A stretch of 58,860 nucleotides of DNA from a virus. Shown in pieces: positions 51,402 through 58,736 of the stretch (position 1 is its first letter; the number at the start of each line of letters is the position of its first letter). The translations under genes were made by a program, and so were the position numbers. The notes beneath the pieces are model-generated. The model was given only the letters and a program-made list of their open reading frames with translations, had not been told where the DNA came from and did not search any database. The DNA is taken from the IMG/VR virus record IMGVR_UViG_3300043137_000366; one strand, written 5' to 3'.

Positions 51402-51887
51402 TCAGAATGGAATGTCGTCCTCTTCCAGTTTCTCCTCAGCCACCGGAGGCGCTGACGCCTTGGTGGTCTTGGACGACTCATAGACGTAGCGGTCGAGGTC
51501 GTTGCGCTCGTACTGCTTGCCTGACTGCTTGGCCGTGGCCATCTCCACCTTGACGGTGCAGCGGCCTTCGCGGGTCATGAGCCACTTCTTGAAGTCGCCG
51601 GACGTGAAATCGATCGCCTTCTCGATGCCGCCAGGGCAGAGCGACTTGAGGAACGAGTTGACGCGCCACTCGGTGGCCTCGGTGAAGACCAGCCAGTCCT
51701 TGAGCTTCACGACTCCGGTTTGGCGGTCGCCGACCTCGATGTCGATTGGGATCATCGGGTTGCCATTTCTGGACTGCTCTTCGTCGTAAACGGCGACAAC
51801 GCGGAATGGGTATTCGCCTTTCGGCAGGCACACGAACTCCTTTTCGACGGGTTCGCTGTATTTGAAGTTGGATGGGGATTGGCTCAT
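51402..51887 (-). CDS. SSB-like single-stranded DNA-binding protein (DUF669-like) with acidic DDIPF tip
   Basis: C-terminus ...KLEEDDIPF matches the canonical bacterial SSB tip. Sits beside the AAA_24-type ATPase module. Confidence 0.6.
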   Translation of the reverse strand: MSQSPSNFKYSEPVEKEFVCLPKGEYPFRVVAVYDEEQSRNGNPMIPIDIEVGDRQTGVVKLKDWLVFTEATEWRVNSFLKSLCPGGIEKAIDFTSGDFKKWLMTREGRCTVKVEMATAKQSGKQYERNDLDRYVYESSKTTKASAPPVAEEKLEEDDIPF

Positions 51888-52708
51888 GCCTTGTGTTGGT
51901 CGAGGATTTCGAGTGGGGTTTTGGTGATGCAGCCGTCGGTGACGGGGATGTCAATCGACTCGGCTTTGAAGCGTTCGCGGACGGAATCGACGATGGCCCG
52001 GAAAGCCACGTCAGCGACCTTGTCGGCATGCAGCAGCTTCACCTCAAAGGAGAGCGCGCCGTTGTCGATGCGGTAGCGGAACAGCGCCTTGATCTCCATC
52101 GTGGTGTCCTCTTCCGCGCCGAAGAAAATCGGCACGCGAAGTTTGATTTCCGATGGCACGCGCTTGTCGCCAGCCGACTTGGCATCGGTGGTTTCCTCCC
52201 ACTGAAGTTGCCGGTCGCCATTGGCCAGCACGACGACGTTGGTGAACTTCACGTTGCGCATGCCGGAGATCGTGGTGACGATCGTGAGCATTTCGGCGGC
52301 GGATGGCTCCTGAATGGTGTCCAGATGCTCCTCGACGAACTCGGCGAAATGCCGCTGGCTGATGGCCTTGCCGCTGATCGCCAGCCAATCCCGCCAGTCG
52401 TCGGTGATCCTGAGCGGCATGACGGCGCGGTGGTTGGCCCATCCGCCATCCCCCTCCTCCACGCTTGACTCGTTCCAGTCGTGGATCAGGGTGAGCTTCT
52501 GCTGGGAGCGCGAGGCGAAGAGCCGCGAGCGATAAGATTTGAAATCCTCGGCATAGGCGACAAGCGACTCGATAGAGTCAACGTCGATGTGGCCGCGATG
52601 TGTTGGGGTTTCCGCAAATCGCTCCAGCGGAATCAGGCGGTTGTTGATGGCGATGGCATTGCCGACGATGCGCGGTTGCGCGGCTTCGAGTAGTGGAGTA
52701 AGGTCCAT
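51884..52708 (-). CDS. Hypothetical protein (possibly DUF2303/YfdQ-like)
   Basis: 274 aa. Size and context fit the common phage recombination-module protein. Motif evidence is weak. Confidence 0.4.
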   Translation of the reverse strand: MDLTPLLEAAQPRIVGNAIAINNRLIPLERFAETPTHRGHIDVDSIESLVAYAEDFKSYRSRLFASRSQQKLTLIHDWNESSVEEGDGGWANHRAVMPLRITDDWRDWLAISGKAISQRHFAEFVEEHLDTIQEPSAAEMLTIVTTISGMRNVKFTNVVVLANGDRQLQWEETTDAKSAGDKRVPSEIKLRVPIFFGAEEDTTMEIKALFRYRIDNGALSFEVKLLHADKVADVAFRAIVDSVRERFKAESIDIPVTDGCITKTPLEILDQHKA

Positions 52709-52712
52709 GGGA

Positions 52713-53072
52713 TCAGGCGTCGTTGGTTCCGGTTTTGGTGCCCTTCACGACACGGGGCATGTCCCCGAGTTTGAGTTGGGCCTGGTTGGGGTTTTCGCGC
52801 TGGAGGTCGCCGTCTTCGGTGACGAACAGCATCGAGGGTGAGACGTCCGGGATCGGGCACTTGGGTGCCACGGTGCCGGTGATTTCCACTTGGCCGGAGT
52901 CACGGCCGCGTGGCTTGATTTCGAGAGTCAGGGTCAATGCCCCTTTCTTTCCGGTTTCGCGCACGGCCTTGAGGACGTTGCACAACTCTTCTGAGGCTTG
53001 GCCGGCGAGATCGCCGTATCCAACCTCGTTGACAGCCTTCATGAAAAGGCAGGACGTGGGGTCAGTTTCCAT
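52713..53072 (-). CDS. Hypothetical protein
   Basis: 119-aa ORF. Start is uncertain (53072 or 53042). Confidence 0.5.
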   Translation of the reverse strand: METDPTSCLFMKAVNEVGYGDLAGQASEELCNVLKAVRETGKKGALTLTLEIKPRGRDSGQVEITGTVAPKCPIPDVSPSMLFVTEDGDLQRENPNQAQLKLGDMPRVVKGTKTGTNDA

Positions 53073-54033
53073 CGGTGGTTTCTGTTGGTGATTCGGCCTC
53101 TTCAGCCGTGGGATTGGAAAACTCTTTGACCGCGGCGAGGAAGGCGTCGCGCTTGGCGGCGACCTGTTTCCGGTAGGTGGCTTTCAGGTCGGTGAGCTGC
53201 TGGCCCTCGGTCAGCCAGCGGATCGAAATGAGGTAGGCGAGCGCCTGCGCCTCGATGCCCTTGAAGATGACCGCCATTTCGTCTTCACTGACGACCGGCT
53301 TGGCGGTTTCCGTGGCAGCAGCAAATGCCTCCCACGAAAGATCCATCTTGAAAGGCAGGGCGAAGCGGGACTTGGCGGCAAACGCGGGGCGTTCCTCGGT
53401 GAACATGATCCGGCGACCGTCACCAAACGCCCGGGCTTTCTTCGCGCCCTTCTCCTTGCTGGTCTTGATCTCGTAGGTGGCGAAGAACATGCAGTCCATC
53501 GCCTCGATCCAGAGGGCGCTCGCCTGCTCGTTCATTTTGATGATGTGCTTGTCAAAACGCTCGCCCTCGTAGGGATCATCGAACGCCTTGATCTTGGAGT
53601 GCCCCAAGCAAATGACGCTCATCTTATTGCGGAGGGTCTTGAGTGTCTGGAAGAACACGACCCACTCCTCGGCAGCTCGCACATAGCCCTTGCCAAATCC
53701 GCCGTCGACTTCCTCGATGGAGGACACGCGGGCCTCCTTGATGATGTGCGCCCACAGCAGCGGCTCCAGACCGTTGACGGTGTCGATGACGAGGGTTTCG
53801 TATTCGTGGCTCTCGGTGGTGAGCGCGTGAATCGCGGCTTTCACTTCCGCCCATGTCTTCGGGATCGGGAAGCTGGCGGCGTCGATCATCCCGAGTCCGT
53901 CGTCGGTCCCGAGGAAAATGGGCTTGGGGGCGGATGCGGCAAAGGTCGATTTGCCGACTCCGCCAGGGCCGTAGAGCCCGATGAGGTGGGGGCGCTTTTT
54001 CGCGCCTTTCTGGATTTGATTGAGGATGCTCAT
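53062..54033 (-). CDS. AAA_24/Sak4-like RecA-fold ATPase
   Basis: ATG at 54033. Walker A LYGPGGVGKST and Walker B LVIDTV. Confidence 0.7.
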   Translation of the reverse strand: MSILNQIQKGAKKRPHLIGLYGPGGVGKSTFAASAPKPIFLGTDDGLGMIDAASFPIPKTWAEVKAAIHALTTESHEYETLVIDTVNGLEPLLWAHIIKEARVSSIEEVDGGFGKGYVRAAEEWVVFFQTLKTLRNKMSVICLGHSKIKAFDDPYEGERFDKHIIKMNEQASALWIEAMDCMFFATYEIKTSKEKGAKKARAFGDGRRIMFTEERPAFAAKSRFALPFKMDLSWEAFAAATETAKPVVSEDEMAVIFKGIEAQALAYLISIRWLTEGQQLTDLKATYRKQVAAKRDAFLAAVKEFSNPTAEEAESPTETTDGN

Positions 54034-54052
54034 GTGATGAGAAGTTGCGCCC

Positions 54053-54079
54053 AAAAAACCCGACCCCCTCGCGAGGGTC
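54053..54079 (-). terminator. Terminator-like hairpin + U-run (minus strand)
   Basis: On the minus strand, GACCC...GGGTC stem with TCGCGAGG loop, followed by GG then TTTTTT. Lies between a motif copy and the ATPase ATG. Confidence 0.35.
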
Positions 54080-54097
54080 AGGTGATTCGGTGCGGTG

Positions 54098-54114
54098 TTC
54101 GCGTTACGTCAACG
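54098..54114 (-). promoter_or_regulatory. Dispersed motif copy CGTTGACGTAACGCGAA
   Basis: The TGA of the motif is the stop codon of 54109..54297. Confidence 0.8.
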
Positions 54115-54297
54115 CCTGGAGCGATAGTAAGCGACCTTACGATGGTGCTTCATCGACCAGAGAGAAAAGCCCGCGCTAACAAGGAAAGAAGCAGCGGCGG
54201 CCCACGGTGCCGTCATCAAGACGAGAAAGCCGGGAATCGCGAACGCGAACGCGGCCAGAAGAAGCAACCTTGCGCAGAAGCGGTGGTTCTTCTCCAT
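54109..54297 (-). CDS. Small two-TM membrane protein
   Basis: MEKNHRFCARLLLLAAFAFAIPGFLVLMTAPWAAAASFLVSAGFSLW. An alternative start lies at 54339. Confidence 0.4.
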   Translation of the reverse strand: MEKNHRFCARLLLLAAFAFAIPGFLVLMTAPWAAAASFLVSAGFSLWSMKHHRKVAYYRSRR

Positions 54298-54311
54298 GAG
54301 TTCGTAGTAGG

Positions 54312-54530
54312 TCACTTGACACCTCCCTTCTTCACGCACTTCGGGCAGTTTCCCAAGCGCCAGCCCTTGCGGGTCATTTCGAGTTTAACGGCCTTGTCGA
54401 TCTTGTCGCCAATCTCGGATTTCTCCGCCGTGACGACTGCCGGGGTAATCACAAGGTCCAGCTTGCAAGTCCGGCAGTGCCTCACGGCCCCCGCCCTGAC
54501 AGTGAAAAGATTTCCAACGATGGTGCTCAT
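54312..54530 (-). CDS. Zinc-ribbon protein (CxxC...CxxC)
   Basis: Contains CRTC...CPKC. 72 aa. Confidence 0.5.
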   Translation of the reverse strand: MSTIVGNLFTVRAGAVRHCRTCKLDLVITPAVVTAEKSEIGDKIDKAVKLEMTRKGWRLGNCPKCVKKGGVK

Positions 54531-54781
54531 GCTTCGTTTTCTGCGAGGTGCTGTTTGATGACAGATGCCCGGTAGCGATAAACCTTGCCGGGGATGATGG
54601 TGATTTTCGGGATCTGGAGATTGGTCAGGGTGTTGGCCGAGACATCCAGGATGCCACAGACCTGAGCCGGAGAAAGGAGATCAAGATTGTCGCGGTGCTC
54701 GGCAAGCAGGTGCTCGATCGTTCCGGTAATGACCCGGTCAATGACCTCCTTGCGCTCGGTCGGTGTCAGGTCGAGGTGCAT
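54527..54781 (-). CDS. Excisionase/MerR-like HTH protein, putative
   Basis: ATG at 54781 (TGATG overlap). Contains LSPAQVCGILDVSANTLTNL...GKVYRY. Confidence 0.5.
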   Translation of the reverse strand: MHLDLTPTERKEVIDRVITGTIEHLLAEHRDNLDLLSPAQVCGILDVSANTLTNLQIPKITIIPGKVYRYRASVIKQHLAENEA

Positions 54782-54975
54782 CAGACGGATGCCTTGAGCT
54801 TTGAGCGGACGAGTTGCTCCAGCCATGCCGATGCGGAAAGACCAGCATTAAAAGCCGCTTTTTGAGTCGCTTCCCAAATAGCTGGATCAATCGTGATTGA
54901 TGGCCTCGTTTTGAGGATCTTCTTCGGCGGTTGTCCTCGTCCTCTTTTGGGTTTAGGGGTCGCTGGTTTGTTCAT
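54781..54975 (-). CDS. Ribbon-helix-helix regulator (Cro-like position)
   Basis: PSITIDPAIWEATQKAAFNAGLSASAWLEQLV fits an RHH pattern. First gene of the leftward replication operon. ATG at 54975. Confidence 0.55.
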   Translation of the reverse strand: MNKPATPKPKRGRGQPPKKILKTRPSITIDPAIWEATQKAAFNAGLSASAWLEQLVRSKLKASV

Positions 54976-54977
54976 GC

Positions 54978-54996
54978 GTGGGTATTTCTTACCCAC
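54978..54996. promoter_or_regulatory. Operator-like palindrome GTGGGTA-N5-TACCCAC
   Basis: Perfect 7-bp arms just upstream of ATG 54975. Further ACCCAC-like half-sites lie at 55002-55007 and 55071-55076. Confidence 0.55.
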
Positions 54997-55091
54997 TAAA
55001 AACCCACCGACAATAAAATTCTAATAGGGGAATAAAAATACCTACGAAAAATGCACTTGTGATGCTGTTTCACCCATGCGATCATCAAGCC

Positions 55092-55319
55092 ATGAGCGAA
55101 GAACAACAAAAGCCAGGACGTCCAAAAACGGGCTCCAAGAAGATTCGCCCAAACTTCTCATTATCGCCCGAGACCTTTGAAATGCTGAAGGCCGAGGCAG
55201 AACGAAAAGACGTCAGCATGTCGGCGCTTTTGACGCTTTGGATCAGAGAAAAAATCGGGCGTGATCTGAGGGTTGTAGAGTCTCGAGAAGCAAAGTCATC
55301 CCGCTCAGGTCAAGCATGA
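55092..55319 (+). CDS. Ribbon-helix-helix regulator (repressor candidate)
   Basis: RPNFSLSPETFEMLKAEAERKDVSMSALLTLWI fits an RHH pattern. First gene of the integrase-containing operon. Confidence 0.6.
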   Translation: MSEEQQKPGRPKTGSKKIRPNFSLSPETFEMLKAEAERKDVSMSALLTLWIREKIGRDLRVVESREAKSSRSGQA

Positions 55320-55332
55320 ATTTCCAATCGGA

Positions 55333-55377
55333 TTCTAACAGATAACGCCGATTTGTCCCGTAAAATTTCTGTTAGAA
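55333..55377. repeat. 10-bp perfect inverted repeat TTCTAACAGA-N25-TCTGTTAGAA
   Basis: Read directly, in the gap between the RHH gene and the membrane-protein gene. Confidence 0.85.
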
Positions 55378-55389
55378 AAAACGCACCCC

Positions 55390-55647
55390 ATGAAAGTTTT
55401 CCTTTGCCTCATTGTGTCGGGGATTGGCTTCGCGGGTTGCATCTATGCCGCCAGCGCCATTGCGTTGCTCTGCCGCCGTGAATGGAGGGACGGCACATCG
55501 GCACTTGCCCTGTGCCTCATCCCGCTCGGGGTTTATGCCGTCGCCTGGCGCATCTTGCCGCTGGAGAACTGGCTGATCCTTCCCGGTGCGCTCGCCGCAA
55601 TTTTCAGCGCAATTACATTTGCCTTGGTCCTCAAAAATGGAGCCTGA
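55390..55647 (+). CDS. Small three-TM membrane protein (superinfection-exclusion candidate)
   Basis: 85 aa and strongly hydrophobic, located between the repressor candidate and the integrase. Confidence 0.55.
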   Translation: MKVFLCLIVSGIGFAGCIYAASAIALLCRREWRDGTSALALCLIPLGVYAVAWRILPLENWLILPGALAAIFSAITFALVLKNGA

Positions 55648-55649
55648 CC

Positions 55650-56822
55650 ATGAAAGTCAAATTCGGAAGTGTGGAGCTTTCCGGCTACCCGTGGAAACAC
55701 CACTCCGGGAAGACCTACTTCCGGTTCGATTGGTTCGATGGCAGGCGCAAGCGCCACATCACGCGGGCGAGTGAAGCCAAGGCGAAGAAGGCCGCTTACG
55801 AGAAGGCGAAGGAACTGCATCGGCAGACAAAGGATCTCAACGCGCTGCCCGATCACCAGCAACGCGCCATCCAGCGCCTGCTCGACGTCGATCCGTCGCT
55901 TCAGGTCATCGACGAGTTCTTGCTATGGCGGGCGCGAGAAAGGCCAGAGACCGTCATCGAGGACGTCATTGCCGCCTTCATGGAGTCGGTGGCGCTGAAC
56001 AAGGGTCAATCCGCCCAGAATGAAAAGACGCTCAAGGTTCACACAGGGGCGCTCCTCAAGGCCTTCTCGGGTCGCTCGGTGTCGTCGATCTCAACCGCCG
56101 AGCTTAACGCTCACATCGGCCGAAATCCGAAGCACTCGCCGCGCACCCGGGCAAATTGCCGTGGGGCCCTGATCCGGATCTGGAATTGGTGCCAGGCCAA
56201 CGGCCACATTCCCCAGGGCGAGAAGACTGCCGCGGCACTGACGATGGCTCCGATCGTAGCTCGCAAGACGCCGGAGACTTACTCGCCCGACGAGCTGGCG
56301 GAAATGCTCCTCTACGTCCAGCCGCGCTACTTTCCATGGCTGGCTGCATGCGCCTTCGGTGGATTTCGGACGGATGAGATTTACCCGCTCGCCGGCGGCA
56401 CCAAGTCGCCCCTCGACTGGTCGGATTTCAAATGGGATCGAGACGTCGTTGTGGTGCGCCCTGAAACAGGCAAGACCGGTCGGCGCATCGTCCCGATCCT
56501 CCCGGCGCTCCGGCGGTGGCTGGAGCCTATCAAAAAGCCGTCCGGACCGGTTGGCGAAGGAGTGGCCCCGTCGATGAAACCAGGGCGCGGCAGGCTGCCC
56601 CAGACGGTTCTCCTCGGCGACCTCGTGGGCGGATGGCGACCAAACGCCCTGCGTCACTCGTGGATCTCCTACCGGGCCGCGCTTGTCGGCATCGGTCAGA
56701 CCTCGATGGAGGCCGGGAACAGCGAGAGCGAGGCGAAGCGTTCCTACAACGACGCGATGTCACGCGCCGAAGCTGAGGCCTGGTTCTCACTCCAGCCGGA
56801 GAACTTTGGAGAACCTGCCTGA
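55650..56822 (+). CDS. int: Tyrosine recombinase (phage integrase)
   Basis: ATG at 55650. C-terminal NALRHSWISY...SY.. gives the R-H-Y catalytic pattern. R (FGGFRTDE) lies upstream. Confidence 0.85.
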   Translation: MKVKFGSVELSGYPWKHHSGKTYFRFDWFDGRRKRHITRASEAKAKKAAYEKAKELHRQTKDLNALPDHQQRAIQRLLDVDPSLQVIDEFLLWRARERPETVIEDVIAAFMESVALNKGQSAQNEKTLKVHTGALLKAFSGRSVSSISTAELNAHIGRNPKHSPRTRANCRGALIRIWNWCQANGHIPQGEKTAAALTMAPIVARKTPETYSPDELAEMLLYVQPRYFPWLAACAFGGFRTDEIYPLAGGTKSPLDWSDFKWDRDVVVVRPETGKTGRRIVPILPALRRWLEPIKKPSGPVGEGVAPSMKPGRGRLPQTVLLGDLVGGWRPNALRHSWISYRAALVGIGQTSMEAGNSESEAKRSYNDAMSRAEAEAWFSLQPENFGEPA

Positions 56823-56839
56823 AAATCACTGGAAATACG

Positions 56840-56864
56840 GTGGGCCCGGTGGGGTTCGAACCCT
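56840..56864 (-). other. attP core candidate: tRNA 3'-end-like fragment
   Basis: The minus strand reads GGGTTCGAACCCCACCGGGCCCACC. That is a T-loop, the 3' T-stem, a 7-nt acceptor strand, discriminator A and CC. No 5' half of a tRNA is present. Confidence 0.4.
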
Positions 56865-56921
56865 GTTTCCCCGAATTGCTCGCGTTGCGTGAATGATTCT
56901 AGAGTCCTTTACTGAAACCTT

Positions 56922-56937
56922 TTGGCGTAACGCGAAC
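56922..56937 (+). promoter_or_regulatory. Dispersed motif copy TTGGCGTAACGCGAAC
   Basis: Lies in the gap between the attP candidate and the convergent gene. Confidence 0.6.
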
Positions 56938-56990
56938 GCTTGACGGATTGTCAGGCATTCAAGGTTCTGGAGAACCTTTGGAGCACCCGA

Positions 56991-57344
56991 TCAAAACTTT
57001 CTCCCCGCCAAGAACCCGCGCAGTTGGTCGAGAATCCATGTCCAACCGGCCGACTTGGTCGTCCTTCCATCCGGAAAGTGCATGGTCATCCGGTCGGCCC
57101 GATCGCCGATCCGGATCACCCAGCGTCGTACGCGGCCGGTTCGGAAATCCGTCCACTGGAGACAGCCAAGGGCGTCACCCTGCTTGCGTGGCAGGTTGGT
57201 CGCTTCGATCTCGGCGAGTTCGCGAATGCGCTCTGGCATTTCAGCGTCGCGGCGTGCTCGGTCCGCCTTCCAACGAGCTTCAGCCATTCGGCGTCCACGC
57301 TCGCTCAAGGCCTTCGCTTTCTGGCGGCTGAAGCCACCACGCAT
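56991..57344 (-). CDS. Hypothetical basic protein
   Basis: ATG at 57344 (MRGGFSRQKAKAL...). The longer alternative at 57398 would overlap the upstream gene by 25 nt. Confidence 0.5.
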   Translation of the reverse strand: MRGGFSRQKAKALSERGRRMAEARWKADRARRDAEMPERIRELAEIEATNLPRKQGDALGCLQWTDFRTGRVRRWVIRIGDRADRMTMHFPDGRTTKSAGWTWILDQLRGFLAGRKF

Positions 57345-57373
57345 GTTTCCAAACCTTGCCACGGGTGGGATAA

Positions 57374-57577
57374 CTACTTGTTCTGTGAAGAAAGCCACTC
57401 ATCGGTGTAGCCGTCCGACTCGCATCCGTCGTCTTCCATCACGCGGTATTCGTGCTGGTTATATTTCGAGCACCACCAGACGGCGCTGACCGTGGCGGGG
57501 AATGGCACGCCGGGATATGCATCGCATCGGACGCTCACCTTGTCGGCCACGTTGTATTTTGATTTCGGTATTTCCAT
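57374..57577 (-). CDS. Hypothetical protein
   Basis: 67-aa ORF with an ATG start. Confidence 0.45.
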   Translation of the reverse strand: MEIPKSKYNVADKVSVRCDAYPGVPFPATVSAVWWCSKYNQHEYRVMEDDGCESDGYTDEWLSSQNK

Positions 57578-57607
57578 GATCGTTAGAAGACAGAGAACTA
57601 GGGCACT

Positions 57608-57626
57608 GCTGGCAACCCCTGCCAGC
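57608..57626. repeat. Hairpin GCTGGCA-ACCCC-TGCCAGC
   Basis: Perfect 7-bp stem, followed by AGTTCTAT. A related module occurs at 57662-57685. Confidence 0.8.
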
Positions 57627-57687
57627 GGCCAAGTTCTATTTTGAATCGGAGTCTGTTTTCGCTGGCTGGGTTGCCAGAGTTCTATCG

Positions 57688-57924
57688 TTAGCCCTCTTCA
57701 TCGTCCTCTTGGGGAGCGGGTTTGACTCGCGAGGCAAGATCGCGGAGGCGCGACATTTCACGGGTCAGAGCACAGGCCACATTGGCAGGCATCTCTGATT
57801 TGTGCTTTTCGTAGTAGCTCGCGATGATGTTCGCGGAGCGGCTTAGTTCTTCGGCGATTTGCTCGCCAACGCGAGGGCTAACAAGCCGCTGCTGTCCAAC
57901 TGTCGGGGCGGTGGTGTCGTTCAT
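57688..57924 (-). CDS. Hypothetical protein
   Basis: ATG at 57924 overlaps the upstream stop (ATGA). Confidence 0.5.
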   Translation of the reverse strand: MNDTTAPTVGQQRLVSPRVGEQIAEELSRSANIIASYYEKHKSEMPANVACALTREMSRLRDLASRVKPAPQEDDEEG

Positions 57925-58352
57925 GGTTTCGATGTCGGTTGCGCCCCGCCAGTGGCAGAGCTTGTTTCGTTCTGCCCAGGAACCGGATCGCTGACGATTT
58001 TGATCGTCGTTTTCTCCCATGGCGTCTCGTTCTTGTTCGACGGCGACAGGTTCTTGATCGCCTTCACCTCGAACTCCGACGCCTCGGTCAGCGTGATGTC
58101 CAGTATCCAGAACTCCTTTTCGTCCGGCGTCCCCATGCCGATCCGGAGGTTTCCGTTCGGAGCGTTCCCCACCGCATAGAAGCCCATGCGGCGGCCAGTC
58201 TCCGGCGATGTCATCAGCAAGTGATACAGCGAGTCCGCGAAGCCTCGTTTTTGCTTGTTGGATACGACCGATCGCCCGCCCCTCGAAGAGGCAGAACCAG
58301 TGCGTGGTGGCAACCCGCCATCACTTGCTTCGTCAACGTTGTTTTTACTCAT
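57921..58352 (-). CDS. Hypothetical protein
   Basis: ATG at 58352 (MSKNNVDE...). Confidence 0.5.
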   Translation of the reverse strand: MSKNNVDEASDGGLPPRTGSASSRGGRSVVSNKQKRGFADSLYHLLMTSPETGRRMGFYAVGNAPNGNLRIGMGTPDEKEFWILDITLTEASEFEVKAIKNLSPSNKNETPWEKTTIKIVSDPVPGQNETSSATGGAQPTSKP

Positions 58353-58448
58353 AGCTTTCAGTCTGGTTAGATTGGTTTTCGTCGGCGGTTGCCACACGAC
58401 CGGCGTTCCACCAAGAAAGGGATCGGACCCTCCGCGGTGGTAATTCGA

Positions 58449-58736
58449 TCACGCGGGGCTGTATCCCTCCTCGAATGCGGCGGCGGGCGAGAACGACTTG
58501 TAGCCGTCACGATATTGCACGAAGTACCCACCGACTTCCGGCTTGTGCTTGTGCATGAACTGGTGATCCACCTTGAAGGGGGCATAGCCTTCCTCCGCTG
58601 GGGTTATCATCGCGCTGCCGTCGGTTTCCCTGTCCGGCTCGCCTTCTCCGTCGCGTTTGATTGCCGCGATCTTCAGTGCCCACACTTGCTTGTGGCAGAT
58701 GTAGCGTGGCATTTCTCGTTGTGCTTCGTCGCCCAT
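58449..58736 (-). CDS. Hypothetical protein (YICHKQVWALKI motif)
   Basis: ATG at 58736 or 58712. The gene lies directly downstream of 61..435 once the contig is circularised. Confidence 0.55.
   Translation of the reverse strand: MGDEAQREMPRYICHKQVWALKIAAIKRDGEGEPDRETDGSAMITPAEEGYAPFKVDHQFMHKHKPEVGGYFVQYRDGYKSFSPAAAFEEGYSPA

Noticed and set aside
56940-57410. Plus-strand ORF 56940..57410 (156 aa) downstream of the motif copy at 56922
   Set aside because: The minus-strand frame (56991..57344) has more protein-like composition and continues the leftward operon.
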